Positions 1-25,668 of a stretch of 64,000 nucleotides of DNA are shown here, piece by piece. Within the stretch, counting starts at the first letter, position 1, and each line of letters begins with the position of its first letter. The position numbers were made by a program, and so were the translations under genes. Source of the stretch: Amoebidium appalachense (Eukaryota; Protista; Ichthyosporea). The stretch is taken from positions 2,409,527-2,473,526 of the forward strand of contig CAVNZM010000017.1 of assembly GCA_963693365.1 (NCBI GenBank), in the 5' to 3' direction. The notes beneath the pieces are model-generated. The model was given only the letters and a program-made list of their open reading frames with translations. It was not told the DNA's origin and did no database searches.

Positions 1-382
1 GAAACTCTGTGTGGAAAATATTAGTTAGTGGTTGTTACTGAGGCAGTTAGTGGTTGTTAATAGGGTCTATAGACCGGTGCGAGACGGTGCGGCATGGGAT
101 CGGGTTTAAAAATGGCTCAGAATTTGCCAAGATATGGGGCAGCATTCTTTTACACGAGTTGGATGGCCATGTCTTCAAAAAAAAAAAAAAAAAAAACCAT
201 TGCGGAACTACAAGGCTTTCTCATGATAGCTTCAGTAAACTTTGATAGAAGCAAAACTTGGGAAGAGCACTGAGTGACCGGGGGAGGGTCCCAGGGGATG
301 AGGGGGGGGGGGGGGGGGGGGGGGGGGTTACAAGTTATCCCAACGACCATGGGACTCATCGTCGAGACAGCTAGAGACTCAC

Positions 383-683
383 TGAGAGAGTAAGAATCCA
401 AGTCTCATAGGGTACTGAGATAGGAGAAGAGGGGGGGGAAGGGGAAGGAGGGGGGGGAGGGGGGGGGGGGAGGGAGGGGGGGGGGGGGGGGGGGGGAACG
501 TACCATCCTGGCTGCCACTGTTTGCATTCTTGTTTTTGCCCCGGCACGACCGGGAGGGACCCAGGCCCTGCAGACAGCCCATGAACGGCATGGCCTCCTT
601 GGGGGTGGACTTGCCGCGGTGCTTCTTCTTTTGCGGTGCTGAGGATAAGCTGTTCTCCGTCACATAGGGCACAATCTTGCACT

Positions 684-738
<55 letters not shown>

Positions 739-2250
739 ATGGCGTTAGACTTAGCCACTGAAAGATGACTGATCAAGGCGGCCTTACTCCAGTCACCGTG
801 GTTAGCAACATTTTCGAAGTGCCATGTTGCAGTTTTATCATGATCACACACGCTCGCACACCGTACTGCGATGAAATACTGATACTGAGGCACCAGCATG
901 ACACATGTCAGCAAACGTACCTTCCATTCATCGTTGCGTGGCTGGCCGACAACCAGGTCCAAAGGCTCGATCTTCGGAATGTACGCCGCGCCATTGCAGT
1001 CGCTGTTCATCATCGACAATGAGGTCAGGTCGGAAAAGTCAAATATGAACCCCGGCATGGGGAGGGTGCCTGATTCGGCGGATGAAAGAAAATCGCTGCT
1101 AAACGGTGTTTTTATAGCTGATTGCATGCTCGAGGAGAATTCGCTCTCCGCCTCCAACATGGAATCGAATGCGCCTGGTGTGGGAAAATCGCAGAAATCT
1201 ACTAGTGTGATATCATCGGGCGAACTGAACTCCATTTCAAACTGCTCCATTGCAGGGTCAGGGTCATTCTCGTTGGGTTGCCGTTGCAGCTCTGATGATT
1301 GGGCGGATGTTTCCAGAACGACTTCTTGATTGGTAGGGTCGATAATGGGGAGGGATCCGGAGTCCCAATGCGAAACGAACGTGGAGTTATCCTCAAACGA
1401 AAATTCAACAATCTCGGCTTCATCTTGTGACTCGGTGGACGATGTTGGCTGAACGCTTAGATTCACCCCGCTTTGTTGTTGTGCTTGCATGCGCCCACAC
1501 ATACACGTGCATACCATTTGCATTTGTGCTGTTTCGCACGTGCTGTCTGTGATGCTATCGTTCCGTGGAAGCGATTTGGGCGATTTAAGCCATACTGGGG
1601 TTGCCACAAATGGTTCCTCTGGCGAGGAACAGAGATCCATTTTGGGTTGCGCATAGGAGATGCTGTCGATGCCTGTGTGGTCTAAAAGACCAACCACAAA
1701 TGTCTCGTCCTGAGATTGCCCCTGTGCGCATGATTGTAAATTTAGCAAAATATCATGCGTAAACCGAGGCCCGATGTGATGCATGAACTTTCAAATTGCA
1801 TGCCCACTGGCCATCCGAGACACACTGAGCTTGACAGTATAATGATTAACGTTTACACTGGGTATAAATATACATTTTATAGCGAGACTTGAACCTCGCA
1901 GAGCCTTGCATGAAAACTAAGTTGTGTAGGGCCGCGCATTGCGCATACAATGTTTCTTCACAAAGACACCTCGAAGCTCAGTGCTCTTGAAAAATTTACG
2001 CACTCACGCAGTTTGCATGCACCGTTGAGCCGTAGTACCGTTCACTGTAGCTGCGACTAATACAATACTGCGGCGATCAGAGTATGTCTATGAGTGACAG
2101 AGGGCCACTTCAATGAATGAATCGAATCATTATGACAAGGAAGATCTCCTGAAAACATACCTGCCATGGTGATTGCTGCATCACGAAATGCTCAGAGTCC
2201 AGAAAGAAAGTGCCCTCAAACATCTGGTCGTCTGCCGCCGGTGACTGCAT
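383..2250 (-). CDS. Spliced gene of unknown function (acidic/Ser-rich region, basic KKKHR patch); 5' structure uncertain, probably continues toward the left window edge
   Basis: Phase-consistent exons 1681-921 (donor AAG|GTACGT), 681-504 (acceptor after a poly-C run; CKIVPYVTENSLSSAPQKKKHRGK...) and 414-383 (donor GTGAGT). Candidate upstream exon 2250-2161 (MQSPAADD...PWQ|GTATGT). Alternative start is the ATG at 1640. No family recognised. Confidence 0.55.
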
Positions 2251-4184
2251 GTCTAAGGGTGAGAGCAAGCCTGAAACAGAACGGTCTAGGTTTGCTTGAG
2301 TTCCCGTAGACCCGGAGGAAATAGTGGGTGCGAGGGTGTGTTGTTTTTGTGAGGGAACTAGCAATGGTGATGAAGATGTGACGAAACCACCGAAAGAATT
2401 GTCAGGAACACGGGTTGGCAATGAGTGAGAACGTGTGGTTTTGAATTTGAGCTCGTAGTTGAATCGCTTGGAGGAGCTCTGGGAAGACTTGCGCAGGCGC
2501 AGTGTTTTCGTCTTGAACTGAAGTTCGTTACTAGTAGTGCCATGTGTGAGCGGAGCCAGGCATCTTTTTCTACACAGAAACACAACCTGCATTACAAAAA
2601 AGCCACAAATTTATATGCACATATCTGTTTAGCTATATTTAACTCTGTCGGAGCATGAAGTTCATGGCTGGTAGACCGTGTAGGCCATATAGCCTATACG
2701 GTAATACAGTTGACGGTGTGAAGAGATAATGCTTTCCTGCCCGTTTTGTTGCCACGAGCATGGCGACAACCTTTCATGATTATAAACCAACCATATTCTT
2801 AGAAAGCATCCTCGGAAAGGCTGTTGGACAACTTGTATCTGCTCGAGAGTCTAAAGGGCCACAGACACGCGTCACGCGGCGCACACTGTTGAACCTTTAT
2901 GTGAGCATATCATTACGCAAATACAAAAGTAGAAAAAATAGCATTACCCCAAATTTTTAAAATCATTACTAAGGTACATTTCTCTCTCGGGAGTGTATGA
3001 ACTACACCATGATGTGATCAATAAAAATACCCGCTAATTACAAAAATATATCCCGTTATTATGGGTTCTAACACGAGTGTTTTTGTGTGGCGGACTTCAG
3101 CAAGGAGTCCGACAGGTCCACTCCAACAACATGGTATTAATAATAAGAAGTATTACTGTATTTGGTGTAGCAATCGAGCTGGATATTGATTAGGAACAAA
3201 AGGATTTTTGATTTAGATGTTGTAAATCTAAGACAAAGAAAAACTATAAATGGTTCGAATCGTTGGCGCATATTTGAGCTAGATCTGATCCAGATAGAAT
3301 ATTTCGCGTGGCCTGAGTTCATGGAGGCAATTCCGCAGTGCTCATATTCGCAGTGTGGGCACATATAACAGTTAAAATACAACCTGTTTTTCAATTTGTT
3401 CGAAAGACTTTTTATATCCGAATGACTGCATGCCAAATACACTACTAACACTAAGAGTCACAATATACCACTCGGCCACCCCACATGGTCTGTACATGTG
3501 CAATCTGTCTACTCGTGTGTGAGCTGTCGTGGCAGATTCTGCAGAATCAAGTGCGTCACTTTGCGATCGCTGGTGCGGGTCCTGCAGCGCCTGGTGCTTG
3601 CAATATGCTTGGTCGCGTATTTCGGACAGACATAAGCAATCAGACAACTATAATGGCGTCATTATGACGCAATATAGTTAGCCCCAAACTAAAGTAACTT
3701 TGTTCTTCATGCTATGTTATAAGTAAGAATACGTGCCAACTGATCATGAGTGATGAGCTATCCAGAAGAAAAATAAAGTAGGCCGTATACTATTGAGTCA
3801 ACAGGGTATATTACCGGTTTACCACCTGTGGAAAGCAAACTGGATTTATTGAAATATTAATATTTAATATTTACGGCTTTTTTGTCCTTTAGTTTACATG
3901 TACAGCTGGAGCTGACTGTTTTGTTTTACCAGTGTGGGTTATAGAAAACCCCTGGCCATACATGGTCTTCATCACTGTTTCGAATTCCATAATTGGCTTC
4001 TCTTTTTGATAGCATAGATAAAGGTACACAACACACTGTTTATAACGATTATTTCAAACAGAGTATTTCAAGTCACTCCTAATCGAAAGAATAAGCAGCA
4101 TAATACTTCTTATTTCCACAACTCAGCAAACAAGAGCCTGGTGTGCATGCGCATGCGCAGATGGCTAACTAACGACCACAGGAC

Positions 4185-4217
4185 CACGGCCATCTAGAAA
4201 CACCCTAGATGGCCGTG
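4185..4217. mobile_element. 33-bp miniature inverted-repeat element or transposon remnant with 9-bp target-site duplication
   Basis: Perfect 13-bp inverted repeats CACGGCCATCTAG (4185-4197) and CTAGATGGCCGTG (4205-4217), flanked by the direct repeat CCACAGGAC (4176-4184 and 4218-4226). Confidence 0.7.
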
Positions 4218-5533
4218 CCACAGGACGAATTCAGATACCTGCCAGCGCTCCGGGCAGAAATAGGGCTATGTAAAGGCCTCATGATGTATGCTTAACATAG
4301 GCCTCGTGGGGATTAGCATGGAGGATGAGTGGGTTATGTACCGAGAGGCCCTGCACTGACCCTCACATTTCACTGATAAAGGCAGCCGTTGGCGTTGACT
4401 TTCACGTCATGGGGGTTTTCATCCACAGGGAATAGTGGATATATTTGCAGCATGCCTGGTAGAAAGCCTCCATCTAATTGGCCAAAGCCGAAGTTCGTAT
4501 AAAAAGCTGCATTGCCGAGTCCCGACTGCCAAATATAGTCAATTCTCTAGCCATAAGCAAAGTTACTATATATGGCGAAAGCTGCAAAGTTCGCCCTTTG
4601 TTGATTGGTCGGTAGAAATTGACCAATGAAATGATGAGCCAGATTAGGCACGTTGAACCAACGCGTGGGCAGGAAGCAGGGTCGGAAATTTTGTGTCACA
4701 AAGTTGCAGTTTGGTTTTGGTCCAACGACTCGTCCAACTTCTTTATATTGTACTAATAAGGCTTGAGGGCTTGAACGTAATTACGGAGCCACTCACCTTT
4801 TTCAGGTCATTTTCCTATCTATCTTCCCCTTCTAGGACCCTTCCTCGAAAGTCAGTGAGCCTAAGCCCAACGTAACAACATTGTGCATCAGGGTGTGAAC
4901 CTTGAGTTCAAGTATGTAAGCGAGCTGGCACGCCGACCAGCACAGCTGTTACAGACCGTTCAGTGCCATGGCACATGGGCCACACCGTCCGGGCCACCGA
5001 AAGAATTCCTATTCACTCCGGTAGGGTATTTTCTTACATATCTGCCCCAGCTACGACTGACTGGCTGAATGTGAAAATCGGACACCTTCCGGGTATTCAG
5101 GCTGTCAGGCCTACGTAGGGGCATTTTTGTACTCGTCACATCCGCGGCAGTTCATGACTCCGTTGGCTCGGAGTAGTGCACGTGGCACGAATATTAATTA
5201 TGGCCAGACGCACTGTTACTCAGCATCATGCATGACATGATGCCCCGGACTCCGGAGGTTCAGTGGCTCAATCAATCTCGTGACTGCAAGGCCGGTTCCC
5301 TGCGTGATCAACCATGAGTGACTCGCTTGAGTTCGAGGATGCGGAATGCAAAAAGGCAAACTTTAAACACGGGGCCCTGGCAAGCTCACACGCCACACAC
5401 ACACACTGTCACAGTGTCACGTGGCACACACACACACACACACACACACACGCTACCGTGACACACACACACACACGCACGCACACACCGCACACACACA
5501 CACACATGTACACATGTACACACACACACTGTG

Positions 5534-5567
<34 letters not shown>

Positions 5568-5674
5568 GCGCGCGCGCGCGCGCGCGCGCGCGCACACACG
5601 CGTACTCACACCGCGGCCGTGTGACTGACAAAGTCACGCGCACACACTGTTAACCTGTGACCCACACGTACGTA

Positions 5675-5753
<79 letters not shown>

Positions 5754-6168
5754 CACACACACAAACACACACAAACACACACACACATATATGCATGCCA
5801 CCGTGACCGTCGTGTTGCGCATGCGGTACCGTGTCACCGGTACGGAACCGTACTGCATATATTATGTCACGGTAACAGTGGTGTGTGCCCGTGACAATGT
5901 TTGTGTACGGTATGACACAAAGTTACTGTACACAGCATTAATTGAAAACCTTGGGTGTGACACCACCGTGTGCCAGCTGCTATACGTAGGCGCGCACTCG
6001 GGCGTAGAGTCTGCGACTGATTAGTATGTGTGTGATACTATTTGCACATATCATGGTGCAGTGTCACAGTGTGTGTGTGTACGTGACAGAGAGAGAGTGT
6101 GTGTGTGTGTGTGTAGTGTGTGTGTGGTGCGTGCCGCAGTGCCACGGCCGCGCCGCGTGTGTCATGCA

Positions 6169-6208
<40 letters not shown>

Positions 6209-7186
6209 GGGGGGAGGGGGGGGGGAGAGAGAGAAAGAGAGAGAGAGAGACTCTGAGGGGAATACGGCCCGGGTGTTGTGTGTGTAGTGTGTGCCACGGT
6301 GCCAGTTTGTGTGTTTGACGGTGTTTGTGTGTCAGCTGATCTGCAGTATGCCACGGTGTGTGTACCTTGCATGCGTACACGTATGTGTGTGTGCACGTTT
6401 AAAAATGGTGTGTATACACATGAGTGTGTGCGTGTGTGACAGTGTCTGCGTATAGTCGACAGTACATGTCTTGCCGTGTGCAATGGTCAATGCTCACCCA
6501 TCCATGATGTGTGTACATATACATAGGTCTTAGTAATCCAGCGCCGCTGAGATGCCTACAATGACGGTTATGTAACTAAAAGGGAAAAAATCATCATGTA
6601 CATACTATCCGGATGTGGTAAGTTTTAACTCGTATACGTGAAATAGGAACGACGAAATCGTTTTGAGGTTTGATTGGTTGATATAGAAAATCTCAAGAGT
6701 CTGACGCAACATTTCTTATATTATGTTAAAAAAAGAAATTTAAAATATGAAATGTTGTTCGTGTGTGACATGAAATTGATGAAGAGAGATGAGAAAACAT
6801 TACAATTGGCTATAGAAAATGGTGCCGGGCGTGCCACGTGCACGGTGGTGTCCACCAATCAACGAGAGCCAAATATCGTCGGATACGTATACCAGAATTT
6901 CCAAAGTCGTCAAATCCGGATGAAGTTACCACCCCATAGTACGTGTTTGAGTGCCTGCCAATACTTAGTAAAAATATATTTACAGCGATCATTCAGGATT
7001 GAGTCACAAATAAATCGCTGCATGTTTGAAGCCGTGGATAGAAACTTACTATATATATGGTAATTATTCCCTTATGTTAACCGTTTAGGGGTAAATCCTG
7101 CAATACCCATTATTAAGGCATGTGTAACTTGACCCAGTCAGAGACTCTGATCATGATATGAGCCCACCCTGTGGTGTGTGTGTGTA

Positions 7187-7443
7187 CAGTAGCCCCTCGC
7201 GTATTGGGTACGTACACCCCCGTTCTCGGCCAAAAGTGTACCAATACGCGAGGTGTACCAATACGTGAACGTGACAGTTTCACTAGCAAGTTACCATATA
7301 TGGGTGTTGCGTCTATGTATCTCATGTAAGTGTAGTGGGATATCTAGTAGTCTCCTTATACTATCGTGCCGGGCAGGCAGTGTACCAATACGCAAATGTA
7401 CCAATTGACAAAGGTGTACCAACTAATATGCGGGTGTCTACTG
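7187..7443. mobile_element. pogo/Tigger-like (Tc1-mariner) MITE, ~257 bp
   Basis: Imperfect terminal inverted repeats CAGTAGCCCCTCGCGTATT and (reverse complement) CAGTAGACACCCGCATATT, TA dinucleotide on both flanks (7185-7186, 7444-7445), and repeated subterminal GTGTACCAAT motifs. Confidence 0.7.
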
Positions 7444-7813
7444 TAGTAGTAGTAGCCCACCAAGTTGACTCACTGGCGCATGTGCAAAGCAGCATGATTT
7501 AATTAATTAATATTATAATTAGTGATAAGTGTAGGTGATTTGGTGAGGTTCTCTCCGTGTAATATGCGAGGCCCTGTCACTGGGGCCACCGTATGGACAA
7601 AACCTTCGTACTATTTTATTGTATTTGCGTTAGTGCGTGCACGTAAACTTCACTTTGAAAAAATATTAATACACAAAGTTTAACACCATGATCCAATATA
7701 ATTAGTATCATCAGAACTTTGCCATGGTCATGTAAATAGTACATATATTTTACAATTATAATATCTATCTATATGTTCAGACTAACATCAATATAGTTAC
7801 TACAGCACACATG

Positions 7814-20228
<12,415 letters not shown>

Positions 20229-20859
20229 CCCAGCTGTCCCCGTCGACCCGACCCGACTAACTGTAAAAACGAGGCAAAAAACCACAAAACTCTGACACTT
20301 CAAAAACACTGAAAAATATGTAGTAATGCCACGCTGCAGCGAAAATATATAGGGATAAACGACCGCACAAAAGAAGTGTACACCCTCACTTCAACAATTG
20401 TTAGAAAATGCGCTTGTCATATAAGCTGGCTAATATACTTGTCAAAGAAGACCGTGGATTTCCCTCTCGTTTTCTTTAGAATGTTACGGTTTAACTCAAA
20501 TAGCGCTCACGCCTAGGCCAAGAAAAGGTTGAGACACACACAGACAAGGGGAACTTAAAGACGGATCTGTCCGCCTTTTCCCCCTTGACTTAGAAGTGCA
20601 CCGAAGTTCTCTAGCTGCTCCCCATGCACCATACATAATCGTGCTTCCAGCAGTGTAGATGTAACTAACTATAAACCAACGCCGCTGATATCTCTTCCTT
20701 TTTCTCTCCTCTAGATAACACAGTAAACGCATACTCCAACCCATTCACTCGCTCAGAGCTCTCGAGCCAAGGAGCTCTTCGAGTCGTGGTGCGACACCTT
20801 CGTTCTGCGGCTGTTGTGAGCGCTATAGCTGCTGTTGTGTCGTGCTGCTGGCCAGTGGC

Positions 20860-20900
20860 CACACGGATGACGTAAAAGGTTGTTATATTTGATTGGCTAA
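20860..20900. promoter_or_regulatory. Candidate promoter motifs upstream of MBTPS2 (TGACGTAA ATF/CRE-like site, inverted CCAAT box)
   Basis: TGACGTAA near 20868 and GATTGG near 20891, upstream of the acceptor at 20261 that implies a 5'UTR exon. Motif match only. Confidence 0.35.
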
Positions 20901-21402
20901 TCCAGCATCATTTTGGAATGTGGATCACGACGATCTCTGGCTCGGCCAGTGCCTGAAGGCCTCAGTCCTTAGCCGGGCGGCTGTCTTACTGCTCAGCACA
21001 CCTCTGTAGGAAGGACTGACCAGGGATGGTGACCCCCCTCCCCCCCCCCCCCCCTCCCCCTTTCCCCCTCCCTCCCCCCCTCTCCTCCCCTCCCCCCCCC
21101 CCCCCCCCCCCCCCCCCGTTTTCGTGCATGCGTGCTCACGTGCTCTGCCTGTTAGGGCGTGTGTGTGTGGTGTGTCACGGCCTACATGTGCTTGCGTGTC
21201 TGTGTGCATGTAGTGTGCGTGTGCATATGCGTGTCCGTGGTACAACGCGTGACGTGTGTGTGTGTGTGTGCGTGTGTGTGTGCGTGTGCGTGTATGTGCG
21301 TGTGTGTGCGTGTGTTTGCGCACACGCGTGCGCCCGTGTGTGTGTGTGTGTGTGTTTGTGTGTGTATGTCTATGCGTGTCTGTGTGTGTGTGTGGGGGGT
21401 GT

Positions 21403-21445
<43 letters not shown>

Positions 21446-22019
21446 GGTGGGTGGGTGGGTGGGTGGGTGGGTGGGTGGGTGGGTGGGTGGGTGTGCGCGC
21501 GCGTGTCTATGCACATAGAATGCCAGGTAAAACCCCAGGCACTATGAATTGTGTGCAAATTCGGGCTGTTTGGTTAAAAGCAAGAAATGATGTCAGTGTT
21601 CGTGTGCCACGTCTGTGTGTGCGTGAGTGCGCGCGCGCGTGTGTGTGTGTGTGTGGTTGGTGCCACGCCGCATGCGCATGCATGCACACATTTGTGCCAA
21701 AGGAGTTTGGAGTAGGGCCCCGATCGACGGGGGGGAGGGGGGGGGGGGGGGGGGAGGAATGCGATAGATGGGAGTGATGGAAGTTAACAGGGAGAGCTGA
21801 GTTTTGGTCACAATGTTGGTATGTGCACCCGCCTGTATGCATATGGGGTGTGTACACTGACACCACGGTGCATAGATTGCGTGCTTTCCACTGTAGGTGT
21901 GGGTCCCATTTCACTTGAAGACGCCCCAAGCCTCAGTGCATATACCGCGAGTTGCAGCCCGGAGGGAGGGCTCAGACTCTTCCGGGAGGCGCGGGGGGCG
22001 GGGCCGGGGGGAGGGGAGG

Positions 22020-22065
<46 letters not shown>

Positions 22066-23780
22066 AGGGGGGGGAGTAGGGTGAGGGGGGAGGGAGGGGC
22101 CCTTCCCGTAGCGCCGGCGTCAGTGCACACGCTTTAAGTTAATGTATCCCGGAGCCTCGGATCTACCTACGGTTTAACATGGTGCCCACTTTGTGCATGT
22201 CGTGTCTGTGCGCTCGCCACCAACTCTATTGAGATCGCTTGTGCGCTTTATGCCTGTGTCAAGATGAGCTATTCCCTTGTGCTCAGCACCGGTCACCGTA
22301 GCCCCAGTGTCACAGCATGCAGACATAATATGATGGTTTTCAATAAGCATGCAGGGTTACATAACGTGGGCCTCAACAGATACACGGTGAATATAATTAT
22401 ATCTGCAAGGCTACGTCGGGAGTCTACAAACCGTATATATATACTCATTGAGATGGGCACTGGGCTGTCACCGTGCCAGCATCAGGGCCTCCAAACATAT
22501 CCAGCAGAATGAGCAACACAGTATAGCTAAGTGAATGTTATGGTTTTTTTTCCTGTCAGGTGAGCAATGTGGTTACTCACTGAGTTCTCAACCAATTATG
22601 GACATGCATGTGAGTTGTGATGAGGTGCCGGCACCATGGCCAAGGCCAACAGGGAGTTCCACCCAACAAAATACCTATATAGATAACGACGTTGCAATAT
22701 ATTACTATAATTTACACAATCATATGAGATAAAACGCCTTTTTAGGGCCTCGGAACGCATGCACACATTGGCGCACGCACCACCACAACGTCCGTTTTTA
22801 TTTAATTGGCTATGGGTACAATGTTGACTAAATATAGCCAAACGGATTGTCAAAGCGGTGAAACATTATAGTCCGATTTACCTTTTTTGTAAGAAAAAGA
22901 CTAAATATTCTTTGAATAGTGTTGATGATTGGCTGAGCGAACAATGGCTGAATGTAAAGCCTACATGATTGGATATGTATCATGTAATGCTCTGTCCAAA
23001 AATACAAGCCTCGCCCTTTTCAGGAACCCAAAATCAAAGTTCCGAAACATGATGTTCAGAAATCTTCAACATGTATGCATCAGAAATTTATGTCGCCAAA
23101 TTGAAGCTGATAATTGTAGTTGAAAGTTAGCACATATTTTTTATAGGCTATTTCACATATGACAAGCTCGCATGCTGGGCTTACAACAGCACAACACCAG
23201 ATACAATACGTCAGCGTCTGACTCTGGCCCTTCCGGGCAGAACGATTTTGCTGTTTCGTGATATTACACCAATCACCTGACTTATGATTAAAGGTCGTTA
23301 TATCAGTACATTTACATACACCACATGATATCGATGTCCACAAAACCATACTAAAATACGCTTACATTACAATAAATAAAATATAAACATTTTCAATTTT
23401 CAAAAAATATTTTCGTATTTCGTTTACGTTCCATTACATGTTTAGTCTAGACTCTAGAACATGAAGTGATGAGCTTTTCTGGTCATGCAACATTTAGCCA
23501 ATCACCTTTGTGCCTGATTTTAGATATTTTGCCGTGGTGCAAGAATATTATTTCCGGATCCTGCGCTGCCCTGGCCAGAACGTGACCACCTTCATTCGGA
23601 GCACACACGTTTCGTGACGAAAAACGAAAAAGAAAATTCTGGGAGAATCTTTTTCTCTTTTCCGCCTACAACCTTGCTCTAACGACAACCTCCACTTTGG
23701 TTCCCTTTTTTTAAATCACCACCGGACTTTTTTAGTAGAATCCCTTAATTGCAAAACCCTTAGCCTTCACCAACATCGTA

Positions 23781-25241
23781 ATGTCCGTTTTTTCTCTGGT
23801 CAAGTCGGTGTCTGCGGGTGCACGCTTCGCGTCGGTGCCGGTGGCTGCGGCGGCAGCCCAACGTGTGATGGGCAAAGCATACTACCACCAAAACGTGAGT
23901 ATCTATACAACGTAGAATGTTTTTCTTCCCATAAATTTTTTTTCTTGTATAGTACGGAAGGGAATCAACACCACTGACAGCTTTTTCGTCATTTTGTTTG
24001 GGGTGTTGTAGATTCTTCGCTTTTTTATTAATATTCTCTGAGACTTCTATCTGCCCACATAGCGTTCCCTAACCCCCCCCCCCCCCCCCCCCTCCCCCTC
24101 TCCATCTCGCTCTCTCTCTGTCTCTCTCTCTCATCAATCCACAACCTCGCCCAATCTTGAACTACCCAATTTCCAACCCTCTAACGCATTCATCATCACC
24201 CCCCCCCCCCCCTCTGGGCGGTTGCTGGTTGTTCACCTTCTCTGATCATAGCAGCCTCACCTGCTGCCCCCTCCTGCACCACTTTTCCCATTCTCTCTAC
24301 GTTCTCTTACCTCCCCCTAACTGCTTTGTCTCTGCAGTCAGTTGTTCTCGTCCTGCCTGCCCCCTTTTGTAATCCTTGCTCTCCTCTTCTCCACTCAACC
24401 TACCAATCTACCTTCAGACGTGCTCGATGCTTATCTGGCTTCTATTACCTGCCTTTTATTTTTTTTTATTTTTTTTTTGCCGTTTTCGTTTTGCTACAAG
24501 CTTACTGACATACTACTCAAGCCCAAACCCCCCCCCCCCCCCCCCCCCCCCCCTCCTGGAGGAGGAGGAGAAGGAGAAGGAGAAAGAAAAAGAAAAAAAA
24601 AAGAAAGGAAGAAAGAAACAAAACGAAAAAAAGAAAAGAGAAGGGGAAAAAATGGTGTTTTGGGGGGGGGGGGGGGGGGAGGGGGGGGGGGTGAAGGAAA
24701 AGGGGCACAACAAAAGAAATGAACTGAAAGAAAGAATTTAAAAAGGAAAGGGTGGAGAAAGAACGTGTGCTCACCACCTTCCATATCAGGTTATTGACCA
24801 CTACGAGAAGCCGCGCAACGTTGGTTCCCTCAACAAGGACGCCCCCGACGTGGGTACGGGTCTTGTGGGTGCACCAGCATGCGGTGATGTGATGAAACTG
24901 CAAATTCAGGTGGATGAGAACAACAAAATCATCGATGCGAGGTTCAAGACCTTTGGATGCGGGTCAGCGATTGCAAGCAGCAGTCTTGTGACTGAGATGG
25001 TGAAGGGCAAGACTTTGGATGAGGCCATGACCATTAAGAATTCGGAGATTGCGCGCGAGCTGAGACTGCCGCCCGTGAAGATCCACTGCTCACGTAAGTG
25101 TTGGGTGTGGGTGTATTATTGTTCTGTCTCCCCCCCCCCCCCCCCCCCCCCCCTCTCTCCCCGCGCCTTCCCTTTGCTCCCTCTCTTTCTCTTTGTTCAT
25201 AGTTATTTTGGTTTGTTTGTTGGTTTTTTTCTTTTAACCAA

Positions 25242-25281
<40 letters not shown>

Positions 25282-25668
25282 TGTGTGTGTGTTTTGGGGG
25301 GGGGATGAGGGGGGGGAGGCACAGGCAAAAGGGTGTGCTTGTTTGTTAGGCGACATTTAGGTTGTGTGCGTGTGTGGAAAACGGGGGGGGGGGGGGGGGG
25401 GGGGGGGGGGAGAAGGGCACACGCTGCACAGCTTTCTTTCCTCTTGGTTTCTTCCCCCCCCCCCCCCTCCCCCCCCCCCCCCCCTTTCCCCCAACACACA
25501 CGTGGGCATGCTTGTGCGCCACCACACACACAGACATTTCACCACCATTAGAAAGAATACATTCTTACTTTTTTTATCCACCCAGTGCTTGCAGAGGATG
25601 CCGTTAAGGCAGCCATCAAGGACATCCAGGCCAAGCGCACAAAGAAGCAGAAGGTGGCCGTGGCATAG
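23781..25668 (+). CDS. ISCU: Mitochondrial iron-sulfur cluster assembly scaffold ISCU/Isu1, 166 aa
   Basis: Exons 23781-23894, 24790-25093, 25586-25668. Presequence-like N-terminus (Ala/Ser/basic, no acidic residues), then YHQNVIDHYEKPRNVGS, GAPACGDVMKLQI, FKTFGCGSAIASSS, LPPVKIHCSLLAEDA; all three Cys ligands present. Confidence 0.97.

Noticed and set aside
3137-3451. ORF with CPHC/HC pattern suggesting a zinc finger
   Set aside because: Short, non-ATG start, no splice context or further family signature.
6674-7063. 129-aa AT-rich ORF as a possible transposase or viral fragment
   Set aside because: Non-ATG start and no recognisable motif or terminal repeats; cannot be supported by eye.
20905-21010. 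Peptide DDLWLGQCL resembling a glycosyltransferase motif
   Set aside because: Isolated short frame ending in a stop, with no linked exons identified.
23466-23517. C/D box snoRNA candidate (GTGATGA...CTGA)
   Set aside because: Too short, with no terminal stem and no identifiable guide; no tRNA or rRNA genes were recognised in the window either.
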